40,000 bases of DNA from Lachnospiraceae bacterium oral taxon 500 (GCA_002999035.1 CP027241.1:2392195-2432194), one strand, 5' to 3'. Counted from the first letter of the stretch, positions 25,057 to 32,879 are shown. Notes: generated by a model from the sequence alone, not told the origin. A program made the numbers and translations.

Positions 25057-26538
25057 CTATACATAATAATCATCTCTGTTATGCACGATTACCTCAGCGT
25101 TAGCATCTGCCATCGCACAAGCAAAATCCAGTCCGTCAAATAAGTCATCGTGCTCTACCTCTGGGAATAGGAGTAAGCACTCCTCCAAATCATCCATCCC
25201 CTCTCTAAACCATACTTTACCGTTTTCAAAGTTCGCCGATCGCCTCATCGCTCTGGTTACTTTGTCTTTGCTGGTATTGATATTGATAATAGGGAGGAGA
25301 GATAGCCTCCTAAGCTCCTGTGCTAAGGATTTCTGATAAGCTACCGTTTCTACGCCTATACGCTCCACCATCGGGTATTTATCCCTACCATAACTTATTA
25401 CAGCGTTCAGTTGAGCATTAAAACTTAGCCTCTCTTTAATGTACTCAAGTACATATACATTCCTATCCGCATCTACCCCGACTGCCATAAGCACAAAGTA
25501 GTCATTTTTATCCGTTTCCTTTTCCGATATTGCAAGGTCGCAACCAAAGTATACTCTAACAGGTATCCAGTTTTCGATCCCGTCAGCGTTCTTAACTTTA
25601 ACCTTAGCTTTTTGAAAATCGTAATCTATCTTATATTCTTCATAATACTTAAAGTACTTAGCCTTGAATATCTTACCTTTTGCAAGCTCTGTATCGTTCT
25701 GATACTGCATATTAAAGATAATTTTTCCACTCTCCGCCATTATGTCCTTAAGTTTCTGTACGCTCCACTTTTCCTCCCAGAGTGATACCTCTTTCCCGTC
25801 CTTAATTGAGAGGGCTTTTTGAACATTTACCACATACTTTTTACTCTTGATTAAGTCCTCATACAGATCCAGAGGATTATAACGGGTACCAAGTATATGG
25901 ATCTCTCCATCTGGCTCTAAGGTAGGGAATAGAGAGGAGTAAAACCACTCTTTTAGATTAACCCTCTGCCTCTCCGTTCTGGCATTCTCTAAGCCTACAA
26001 GGTCATCACCAATAATAATATCAAAGTGCTTGGAAATAACCGCTCCTGAAGCTCCCAGAGCTGTTACAGTAGCCTCCTTTTTAATTACCGTCCTTTTATT
26101 TACGGTAAATTCTCTATCATTCCAAACATTATCCTTACTCTTTTTCCAATCCCCAAAGATGCGGATAAGGTCAGTATTCTGCTCAAAGTGGGTACGGACT
26201 TCCTTTAGAAACGCCTCCGCCTGTGTTTGTGTCTTACTACCTATCATAATCCTTATATTAGGATCCCTTAAAATCTTAGTGATACAATAATCCACATCGC
26301 CTACGGTACTCTTACCAAATCCTCTCGGAGCTAAGTCCAGAGTGCTCTTATGAGATGAGATATTAGAAATAATGCTTTTATGCAAATCCTGTACGCTCCT
26401 TTTAGTAACATACTTACATACTAAATAGTACGCTACCTCAAAGCCTGCGTATTGAATTAAATGCTTTATCATAGCATCTCGATTATCTGCCTCGTTCAGC
26501 ATTTCCTCTACTACCGCTACTTTTTCATAATCCAACAC
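25057..26538 (-). CDS. Terminase large subunit
   Basis: 493 aa, GTG start, RBS AGGAGG. It has a Walker-A-like LAPRGFGKST, a Walker-B-like FDIIIGDDLV and a C-terminal nuclease-like half (YFGCDLAIS.., DDLFDGLDFA). Confidence 0.85.
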   Translation of the reverse strand: MLDYEKVAVVEEMLNEADNRDAMIKHLIQYAGFEVAYYLVCKYVTKRSVQDLHKSIISNISSHKSTLDLAPRGFGKSTVGDVDYCITKILRDPNIRIMIGSKTQTQAEAFLKEVRTHFEQNTDLIRIFGDWKKSKDNVWNDREFTVNKRTVIKKEATVTALGASGAVISKHFDIIIGDDLVGLENARTERQRVNLKEWFYSSLFPTLEPDGEIHILGTRYNPLDLYEDLIKSKKYVVNVQKALSIKDGKEVSLWEEKWSVQKLKDIMAESGKIIFNMQYQNDTELAKGKIFKAKYFKYYEEYKIDYDFQKAKVKVKNADGIENWIPVRVYFGCDLAISEKETDKNDYFVLMAVGVDADRNVYVLEYIKERLSFNAQLNAVISYGRDKYPMVERIGVETVAYQKSLAQELRRLSLLPIININTSKDKVTRAMRRSANFENGKVWFREGMDDLEECLLLFPEVEHDDLFDGLDFACAMADANAEVIVHNRDDYYV

Positions 26539-26563
26539 ACCCGCTTAACCTCCTTTCCGCCAA

Positions 26564-26589
26564 ATTAAAAGGGAGCCTCTTAAGCTCCC
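26564..26589 (-). terminator. Candidate terminator immediately upstream of terL
   Basis: The minus strand reads GGGAGC-TTAAGAG-GCTCCC followed by TTTTAATTT. Confidence 0.45.
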
Positions 26590-26591
26590 CC

Positions 26592-26789
26592 TCACATTAC
26601 TACCAGTTTTACTATTAAGAATACCGCCATAGTGAACATCATTAAAATATTCCACGCCAGTACCGACTTTTTCGGATCAAACTTTTCCAGCTCTGTAAAA
26701 TAAGCAAAAGTCTTACCTATCAATACTACTAAAACTCCTAACAATAAGATTGCCAGTAGTTTAGTAGCCATTACCATTAAATTAGCCAT
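26592..26789 (-). CDS. Small two-TM membrane protein, unknown
   Basis: About 65 aa with two hydrophobic helices (LLAILLLGVLVVLIG; ILMMFTMAVFLIVKLVV). The start is ATG 26789 or GTG 26792. Confidence 0.55.
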   Translation of the reverse strand: MANLMVMATKLLAILLLGVLVVLIGKTFAYFTELEKFDPKKSVLAWNILMMFTMAVFLIVKLVVM

Positions 26790-27294
26790 CACATCCCGCC
26801 TCCTTAAATGCTTTATGGAGTTTAGGCTCCTGTATCGCTATCCAGTCTACCATCTCCTCATTTAGTGCCCAGTGAGTACTGTTTTCACTACTTCCCCAGA
26901 GCCCGCTCTCATATAAAAAGGCGTGGATAATCTCGTGCCTCAATACTTCTTTTTGATAAGCTACCAAATCCTTTACGCTCTGGATGTCCTGCTTAAAATT
27001 ATAGATTAAAAGCTCTTTAGCGTGAGGATCGCACCATCCATCCGCCCCGTTTCCTTTTCTATAATCTTCCTCCTCAACTATGAGGATTTTATAAATAGTG
27101 CCCAGAATGTTTACCGTCTTACCGCTTTCTCTCTGTGGCTGGTTACTTCCTGTTTCTGATAAATCTCCTATCTCCGCAATTACCTTTAACCCGCTTTCCG
27201 TGAGCCTCAGCGTTACTCTGTCCATATCGTCTATGGCTAATACCTCTCCCAATAGGTTAATTCTCTTTATATTTACGATTTCTCCTATATGCAC
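26782..27294 (-). CDS. Putative zinc metallopeptidase (HExxH)
   Basis: 170 aa, GTG start, RBS AGGAGG. It has an HEIIH motif within VLRHEIIHAFLYESGLWG. The family was not identified. Confidence 0.5.
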   Translation of the reverse strand: MHIGEIVNIKRINLLGEVLAIDDMDRVTLRLTESGLKVIAEIGDLSETGSNQPQRESGKTVNILGTIYKILIVEEEDYRKGNGADGWCDPHAKELLIYNFKQDIQSVKDLVAYQKEVLRHEIIHAFLYESGLWGSSENSTHWALNEEMVDWIAIQEPKLHKAFKEAGCDG

Positions 27295-27298
27295 CGCT

Positions 27299-27409
27299 TT
27301 ATTTCCTCCTTTTTCTGGTGTTAGTAGCGATAAGGAGTACTGAAACTCCCAGTACTCCTACCACAAACCCTATCATTATGCCTATTCCTACGCCGATGAT
27401 AAAGCCCAT
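27299..27409 (-). CDS. 36-aa glycine-zipper membrane peptide
   Basis: Not in the track. Sequence: MGFIIGVGIGIMIGFVVGVLGVSVLLIATNTRKRRK. Its ATG overlaps the thyX stop as TAATG. Confidence 0.45.
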   Translation of the reverse strand: MGFIIGVGIGIMIGFVVGVLGVSVLLIATNTRKRRK

Positions 27410-28065
27410 TAGATTACCTCCATAGGCTCCAGATCGTCAAATACTACTGGTATCATACCTTTTAACTCTTTGAGGAGTGGTACTGCTACCTCTAACATCT
27501 GTGGATGAGGTTTCCCTGTTTCTCCGCAAGCTCTAAGGCTGAAAAAGTGCCTCCACTCTCTTAAGTTAGCTGTCATTACTACCTCAGTTTTAAGGCTATT
27601 AGGTAGTACCGCTCTTGCCTCTTGCGGAGATGCTCCATAACTAAGTAGCTCAAGGTACCTATTCTCTGCCTTAGCCACGCCCTCTACCCATATATCGTGT
27701 AGAGAGTTCCTTACCATATCGTTAGGAACATAATCCCAGTAGCGAGGCTCAATTACCGTAATTTCCCCGCCCTTATTTCCATAGTTACAGTATCTTGTAC
27801 TCTCTTGAGCAAAGGATGCTACTCTATGCCTTACGATCTCGTGAGATATTCCCCTATCTACGATAAACTTAACGGAAAAGCTAAAATGCTCCAGCATCGC
27901 AAGGTGTTTACTCTTTATAAGGGCTCTTATAATTTTCTCCGCTGAGCCCTCTGCGATTTTATCCTCGCTTTTGTAGCATACTCTCGCTACCTTTTCTATC
28001 TTCCTAAGAATTTCCTCCCCGCTGAGCTCATCTAAGATCTCATAACCTGCCTTAATTATCTTCAT
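27409..28065 (-). CDS. thyX: FAD-dependent thymidylate synthase ThyX
   Basis: 218 aa. The ThyX signature RHRxxSxxxxSxR is present as EIVRHRVASFAQESTRYC. Also seen: REWRHFFSLR. Confidence 0.9.
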   Translation of the reverse strand: MKIIKAGYEILDELSGEEILRKIEKVARVCYKSEDKIAEGSAEKIIRALIKSKHLAMLEHFSFSVKFIVDRGISHEIVRHRVASFAQESTRYCNYGNKGGEITVIEPRYWDYVPNDMVRNSLHDIWVEGVAKAENRYLELLSYGASPQEARAVLPNSLKTEVVMTANLREWRHFFSLRACGETGKPHPQMLEVAVPLLKELKGMIPVVFDDLEPMEVI

Positions 28066-28567
28066 CCCTCATACCTGCCCTTTTTTTAAGTGATTTACGG
28101 ATACGGTCGGCAATATTAGAGACTACCTCATCAATGCACTTAGTAGGAATATATCCACCCTCTACAGAGATTTTTATCTCTACTGGCTCAGAGTGTTTAG
28201 ATGGCTTAAACATATCTCCAAAGATATTGTCCGTCGCCTCTCTAAACTGTTTATAATCCTTATCTTCCTCCTCGTTTGACTCTCTATGGCATCCGCACTC
28301 TCCACAGCCACAGCAATTATCCTCATAAAAGTCTTTTGCTGGCTCTGGAGCCTTTTCCTGCTCGCCCTCGATTGCCTCAATCTCAAACTGGATATACTCA
28401 ATAGCTTTCTTAAGATCAACTACCACATTATCCTTACGCCCTGCTCTGGAGATATACTTAACCGCATTTCCCAGATTAAAGTTAAGATCCCAGTCCTTAA
28501 TTACCTTATAAGGCTCGTACTTTCTTCCCTCCGCATAATGTGAGGGATGTTTAATTTTTTCCATCAT
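28052..28567 (-). CDS. DUF3310-family phage protein with a Cys-rich C-terminal extension
   Basis: The N-terminus HPSHYAEGRKYEPYKVIKDWDLNFNLGNAVKYISRAGRKD..DLKKAIEYI matches the DUF3310 pattern. It is followed by a CCGCGECGCH cluster. Confidence 0.7.
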   Translation of the reverse strand: MMEKIKHPSHYAEGRKYEPYKVIKDWDLNFNLGNAVKYISRAGRKDNVVVDLKKAIEYIQFEIEAIEGEQEKAPEPAKDFYEDNCCGCGECGCHRESNEEEDKDYKQFREATDNIFGDMFKPSKHSEPVEIKISVEGGYIPTKCIDEVVSNIADRIRKSLKKRAGMRDEDN

Positions 28568-28576
28568 TTTCTCCTC

Positions 28577-28714
28577 CTATCCAATAATTTCTACTTTCCC
28601 ATCGCCTCGCTCTATCTTGTAGTAGGCGTTACCGCTTGAGTAGTCCACCACTACTACAACCTCAGCATTAGGATCCATTGTTTTTAATTCTTCCATCAAT
28701 TCCTGTACGGTCAT
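28577..28714 (-). CDS. Small ORF (45 aa), unknown
   Basis: Not in the track. Sequence: MTVQELMEELKTMDPNAEVVVVVDYSSGNAYYKIERGDGKVEIIG. RBS GAGGAGG. It is the first gene after early-type motif copy 3. Confidence 0.5.
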   Translation of the reverse strand: MTVQELMEELKTMDPNAEVVVVVDYSSGNAYYKIERGDGKVEIIG

Positions 28715-28736
28715 ATCCAAACAACCTCCTCTCTGT

Positions 28737-28774
28737 GATAACTAACATAATCACTAAAAGATAAATTATTTAGA
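28737..28774 (-). promoter_or_regulatory. Early-type conserved 38-bp element, copy 3
   Basis: The minus strand reads TCTAAATAATTTATCTTTTAGTGATTATGTTAGTTATC. It has the same architecture as 32343..32380 and 34292..34329. Confidence 0.5.
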
Positions 28775-28863
28775 TAATGTCAGTACCGTTTGCCTATTTC
28801 CCCGTGTTTTTTCTCCATTTCTCCTCAAAAGTTACTGTTAAACTTACATTATTGAGGTATAAA

Positions 28864-29340
28864 CTACTTAAATCCCTCTAAAAGTGTAGCTATCTCGTCT
28901 AACCTCGCCTTATCGGCTGGAGATAATTCCACATCTTTACCGCCCGCTATCTCGGCACGATCGGTAGGCTCTCCCATTAAAAGTAAATCCAGTTTTACTA
29001 ATCGCTCAAAATCCTGTATATTCCTTACTTTTATCTCGCCTTTCATTACCCTTTTAGAGAGGTCTGCCATAAAATTATTGATAATAACTCTATATCTCGC
29101 CCTAACATCTGTAAGCTGAGTATTAAGAGCCTCCTCCCGTTTATTCTGAGAGTTTTCAATGTTTCGCTGTGTTACTCGTGCTACCCAGTTAAACGCTCTG
29201 CTCCAGCCTGCTACCGTTCGCTCCGTTCTGCCTATGGTTTCTGCCACAGCTCTAAGGGAACGCTTATCTCCTAAGCCATAATACATCTCAAACGCCCTGC
29301 TCTGGAGCTCGTTCTCTTTTGTTAGCTTGTCCGCCACCAT
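28864..29340 (-). CDS. Putative terminase small subunit (HTH)
   Basis: 158 aa. The N-terminal HTH-like segment is SRAFEMYYGLGDKRSLRAVAETIGRTERTVAGWSRAFNWVARV, followed by a helical oligomerisation-like tail. It is the first gene after a 357-bp leader. Note that it is not adjacent to terL. Confidence 0.5.
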   Translation of the reverse strand: MVADKLTKENELQSRAFEMYYGLGDKRSLRAVAETIGRTERTVAGWSRAFNWVARVTQRNIENSQNKREEALNTQLTDVRARYRVIINNFMADLSKRVMKGEIKVRNIQDFERLVKLDLLLMGEPTDRAEIAGGKDVELSPADKARLDEIATLLEGFK

Positions 29341-29697
29341 TTCTACCTCCTTTCCCTTGATTTTCCGCCCTTTTCCCTCTATCTCTGTATTTTGCGGTAT
29401 TTTCTACAGTTTTTCTTACTTACCGTACTCCTGTTATGATAAATACCTTTATTTTGAGGAGTATTTTTACTATTTACCTCTATACAATATTTTCCTTAAG
29501 GAATTAGAAACTATAATTATCTTTTCAGTACTCTTTTTCATTAGGTATCTTTACTATTTCTTTGTTTATTAGATAGAGTATTATTCTATCTTTTTGCCCG
29601 TTTTTCTCTTTTCCGCCGTTTCATTGTTTTTTCATTGTAATGAAATAAATAAAAAAGAGGCTCTATTTCCCGCCCCTTTTCGTTTTTTTTTATTTTA

Positions 29698-30291
29698 TTA
29701 GAGCCCTCTCTTTAGTAGCCACGATATAAAGCCCTCCTCTGGAGTAAGCTCTACATACTCGTTATATCTATTGCTAAGGAGTATGAGGTCATCCTCTGTT
29801 ATTCTTACGCTATTACTTCCAAATCTTAGCATAGGTAGAGTAGTCTTTTCCTCTTTCGGCGTTTTTTCCTTTTCTTCCTCAATTTCTTTCTCCTCAAAGA
29901 TACCTTGTAGGTCTATCTCCGTAAAGCCCATTACTTCTAAAGGAAAGTCTACCGCTTGTAGTTCAAATAACTCAGCCTTTAAGAGATCCTCATCCCAGTT
30001 AGAGAGTTCTGCCAGCTTGTTATCTGCTATCCTATATGCCTTTATCTGCTCTGGCGTCAGATCTTTTAATATAATATAAGGAACGCTCTCCATCCCCGCC
30101 AGTATGCTCGCCTCTCTCCTTGTATGCCCTGCTATGATTACCATATCCTCATCTACAAGGATAGGATTTCTAAAGCCAAACTCCTTAATGCTCTCCAACA
30201 CCTTTTTTACCGCATAATCATTTATTCTCGGATTTTTCTCATACGGTATTAGGTCTATCGGATCCCCATATAATATCTCCATACTCTCCAT
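29698..30291 (-). CDS. ParB-like nuclease domain protein
   Basis: ParB N-terminal domain motifs: DLIPYEKNPRINDYAVKKVLESIKEFGFRNPILVDEDMVIIAGHTRREA. The preferred start is ATG 30291 (MESMEIL), 8 nt after GGAGG. The track start at 30306 has no RBS. Confidence 0.75.
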   Translation of the reverse strand: MESMEILYGDPIDLIPYEKNPRINDYAVKKVLESIKEFGFRNPILVDEDMVIIAGHTRREASILAGMESVPYIILKDLTPEQIKAYRIADNKLAELSNWDEDLLKAELFELQAVDFPLEVMGFTEIDLQGIFEEKEIEEEKEKTPKEEKTTLPMLRFGSNSVRITEDDLILLSNRYNEYVELTPEEGFISWLLKRGL

Positions 30292-30336
30292 CTTAAATAC
30301 CTCCATTTCTTATCATTTCATTAAAGATGTAATTTT

Positions 30337-30380
30337 CTTTCATAAGTAAAGCAAGTAACAAGTAAAAAATATGTATTTAC
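30337..30380 (-). promoter_or_regulatory. Late-type conserved element, copy B
   Basis: The minus strand reads GTAAATACATATTTTTTACTTGTTACTTGCTTTACTTATGAAAG. It lies 45 nt upstream of the ParB-like ATG. Confidence 0.55.
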
Positions 30381-30392
30381 GGAGCTAAAATC

Positions 30393-30635
30393 TTATAGGC
30401 TAAACTCTCCATCCTCATCAAACACCCCTAACACCCCTTTTAACTGTATCATATCTCTTTTACTTAACTGGCTAAACGGTATTTCTACTCTTGATATACT
30501 CTCCTCCTGTCTGGGAGTAATATAAGCGTTATTTTTTCCTTTTCTTTTGTGCCCGTTTTTACTTGTATAATACGGATCGTGTTCTCTTAGCCACTTATCC
30601 GCCTCGTCCTCCACTCTCCTAAATCTTTTCCCCAT
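30393..30635 (-). CDS. Hypothetical basic protein
   Basis: 80 aa. Its ATG overlaps the upstream stop as TAATG. RBS GAGGAGG. Confidence 0.5.
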   Translation of the reverse strand: MGKRFRRVEDEADKWLREHDPYYTSKNGHKRKGKNNAYITPRQEESISRVEIPFSQLSKRDMIQLKGVLGVFDEDGEFSL

Positions 30636-31033
30636 TAGTCCTCCTCAAAAGCCCCTAACTCTTTTTGTATCGCCTTTATCCCGCTATTGATATTCCTGCT
30701 GATTACAGACTGATCTACTCCCATTACAAAGGCTAACTCCTCTTGAGAGTATCCAAGTACTAAACAGTACGCTACTGCCATATACTGATATTGACTGAGC
30801 TTTCCTCTCTTATACCCCTCATTAAACTTTTTCCTACTCTTATTGTTATACTCATCTAAATCTATCCCGGTTACTTTCTTAAGATCTAACAAAATACAGA
30901 TGGCTACGGTATCTCCCTTGTAACAAAGGCTTTCCAACGCTCCCCAGCCTCTTAAAAAGTATTTTATTGTACGCTTTTCTTTATAGCTCATTCTGAGAAG
31001 AGGGTAGTTAGTTATTTCCCTTATTACTCCCAC
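30635..31033 (-). CDS. Late-gene transcriptional regulator (ArpU / sigma-70 region-4-like HTH)
   Basis: 132 aa, GTG start, RBS GGAGG. The C-terminus LSQYQYMAVAYCLVLGYSQEELAFVMGVDQSVISRNINSGIKAIQKEL is a region-4-type HTH. The position upstream of the packaging genes is typical. Confidence 0.65.
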   Translation of the reverse strand: MGVIREITNYPLLRMSYKEKRTIKYFLRGWGALESLCYKGDTVAICILLDLKKVTGIDLDEYNNKSRKKFNEGYKRGKLSQYQYMAVAYCLVLGYSQEELAFVMGVDQSVISRNINSGIKAIQKELGAFEED

Positions 31034-31232
31034 GCTTGATACCTCCTATTACTTTTTGTATGTATTTAAGGTGTACTACCTCTGTAACTTTGCTGTATAA
31101 CCCGATACCTTTTACAGTAGCCATAAACCCTTAATATCTACAATTTCCCCATAGCTGTAGTCATTATCTAAAGGGCTCATCCACCTTACTATGTCCGATA
31201 CCTTGAGCATCTCATAAACAACCTCCTTACAA

Positions 31233-31265
31233 GCAAATAAAGATATTAGAGATTTTCTAATATCC
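31233..31265 (-). terminator. Intrinsic terminator after the lytic transglycosylase gene
   Basis: The minus strand reads GATATTAGA-AAATC-TCTAATATC (perfect 9 bp) followed by TTTATTTG. Confidence 0.55.
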
Positions 31266-31275
31266 TTTACGCCCT

Positions 31276-32031
31276 TTATTTATCCTGTAATTCCTGCTTT
31301 ATTTCCTCTGCTCGCTCAAGTATTTTCCTGCTATACTCTGTACTAAATATTTCTTGATCCCAAAGACTTTTAGCTCCAGATACCCCCATATTGTAAACCA
31401 TCAAAACACAGTGAGCTCCGCTACTCTCAAGGTATCTATCCTGTATTTCCTTGATAACATCTATCCCTACTCTCATATTTTCATACGGATTATAGAGATC
31501 CCTTACCCCCAAGCGTTCCATACGATCCTTATGGAATTTCTCATATATCTGCATAAGTCCTTTAGAGTTCCCACTATCGCCTGTGGCATCGTATCTATAC
31601 CCGCTCTCTGTTTCTATGAGAGCAAGTGCCATATAATAATCCACCCCAGCCTCTTTACATAAGCTCCAGAGATATACCTGAGCTACCTCTGGGAAAAGCC
31701 CTCCGTTTAGCTTGTATCCGTTAGGAATGGTGTAGTATGAGTACCCCTCGTTATAAGGCTCTGATCCCCAGTCTGCACTCATAATCGAGTAAGGATAAGT
31801 ATTATTATCTGGATCCCCGTGAGCTACCTCTGGGCTTTCCTTTTTACTCTCTGGAGTAGTTACCTGTTTCTCCTCCGCAATCGGTGTAACGGTTATGTCT
31901 GGAGCCCCCTCCTTATTTTTCGATCCTCCAACCGATTTCCCCCAGAAAAACGCTCCCACTATGAGCACTACTGCTACTGCGGTAGCTATCGCCCTTTTAA
32001 TCATCGCCTGCCGTTTCTTAGTTCTCCTCAT
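31276..32031 (-). CDS. Membrane-anchored lytic transglycosylase (SLT domain)
   Basis: 251 aa with an N-terminal TM (AIATAVAVVLIVGAFFWG). SLT motifs: ALALIETESGYRYDA..SKGLMQIYEKFH..Y. Confidence 0.8.
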   Translation of the reverse strand: MRRTKKRQAMIKRAIATAVAVVLIVGAFFWGKSVGGSKNKEGAPDITVTPIAEEKQVTTPESKKESPEVAHGDPDNNTYPYSIMSADWGSEPYNEGYSYYTIPNGYKLNGGLFPEVAQVYLWSLCKEAGVDYYMALALIETESGYRYDATGDSGNSKGLMQIYEKFHKDRMERLGVRDLYNPYENMRVGIDVIKEIQDRYLESSGAHCVLMVYNMGVSGAKSLWDQEIFSTEYSRKILERAEEIKQELQDK

Positions 32032-32323
32032 TTCCTGTACCTCCCAATGCTTTCCTTAGTCCTGTAATAGAGATGTTCATATTTCTAACCTGTGCATCCA
32101 GCCTATGGATAGTTTTTTCAATATCTGCTGGATCATCGCTATACCAGTAGCCATGAGATGAGCTACAAACTGGTTCCCCATCCTGTCTAAGCTGAGTAAC
32201 GATGTTTCTTACCTGCTTATCTGTAAGATTAAAGAGTGTCCGTAAATCTCGGCTCTTTAATGCCTTACTTTCTGTGGTATAATATTCTTTAAGATATTCC
32301 AGCATTTCTACGCCTACGCTCAT
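32018..32323 (-). CDS. Winged-helix DNA-binding protein, unknown role
   Basis: The preferred start is ATG 32323, 7 nt after AAGGAGG. The segment LKSRDLRTLFNLTDKQVRNIVTQLRQDGEPVCSSSHGYWY is wHTH-like. Confidence 0.5.
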   Translation of the reverse strand: MSVGVEMLEYLKEYYTTESKALKSRDLRTLFNLTDKQVRNIVTQLRQDGEPVCSSSHGYWYSDDPADIEKTIHRLDAQVRNMNISITGLRKALGGTGNEEN

Positions 32324-32342
32324 ACTCAAACCTCCTTAACTT

Positions 32343-32380
32343 CGATACTTAACCTAATCACGGAGAAGATAATTTTTTAG
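32343..32380 (-). promoter_or_regulatory. Early-type conserved 38-bp element, copy 1
   Basis: The minus strand reads TCTAAAAAATTATCTTCTCCGTGATTAGGTTAAGTATC. It ends about 10 nt before the RBS of the wHTH gene. Confidence 0.5.
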
Positions 32381-32387
32381 AGAAAAA

Positions 32388-32424
32388 TTTAAAAAAAATA
32401 GTGCATATTTTTATCTATGCACTA
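32388..32424 (-). terminator. Intrinsic terminator after the resolvase gene
   Basis: The minus strand reads TAGTGCATA-GATAAAAA-TATGCACTA (perfect 9 bp) followed by TTTTTTTTT. Confidence 0.75.
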
Positions 32425-32450
32425 CCATTAATCTAAAATTTTTTGATAGT

Positions 32451-32879
32451 TTACTCTAAATACCTCTTTATCAGCTTTCTGATACCGCTGGCTGTAAGGT
32501 TATCCAAATCTCCTACTAAAAGATCCTCTAAGCCTCCCAGCGTATCTACGATAGCTCTAAGAGCCTCTCTACTCTTAAATAAATCCTCCATAAGACTATC
32601 CTCGATAAGATAATACTCTTTAGCATCTCCGAACGATACCGCTATTGCATAATCTTCTTTTCGGGTAGCTAAGCTCTGTTCCCTTGCCTTGTCTATCCAG
32701 TCCTTTTTTATCGTTATCTGCTTACTCGGTGTCATCTTCGTCTTTGCCTCTATAAAGAGCTTTCCCGCTACTACATCCCCCTTTAGAAAAGGAGTAGATC
32801 CAGATCCTATTATCTGCTTTCCTCCCATAGCCTTAGCTATTCTTTTTTCCTGCTGGCTACTCTTTTTCCTCGTGTTCAC
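32451..32879 (-). CDS. Holliday-junction resolvase-like PD-(D/E)xK nuclease (Hjc-like)
   Basis: 142 aa, GTG start. Motifs: EKRIAKAMGGKQIIGSGSTPFLKGDVVAGKLFIEAKTK (GSG..KGDV..IEAK). Confidence 0.6.
   Translation of the reverse strand: MNTRKKSSQQEKRIAKAMGGKQIIGSGSTPFLKGDVVAGKLFIEAKTKMTPSKQITIKKDWIDKAREQSLATRKEDYAIAVSFGDAKEYYLIEDSLMEDLFKSREALRAIVDTLGGLEDLLVGDLDNLTASGIRKLIKRYLE

Noticed and set aside
28775-28863. Searched for a terminator after the putative terS gene, to match the terminator-then-element pattern seen at 32.4 kb and 34.3 kb
   Set aside because: The only hairpin is long-looped (CCTCAA..22 nt..TTGAGG) and has no U-tract. Nothing convincing was found.
29412-29447. Plus-strand stretch TTCTTACTTACCGTACTCCTGTTATGATAAA, considered as a third, inverted copy of the late-type element
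   Set aside because: The similarity is limited to TTACT and TATGA words. The spacing differs and the orientation is opposite. It is kept only as a possible ordinary extended -10 promoter in the leader finding.
29327-29572. Plus-strand 81-aa ORF in the terS leader
   Set aside because: It starts inside the terS coding region on the opposite strand. It has no RBS, and its translation is F/Y/L-rich and low-complexity, reflecting AT-rich non-coding DNA. The region is treated as non-coding or regulatory instead.
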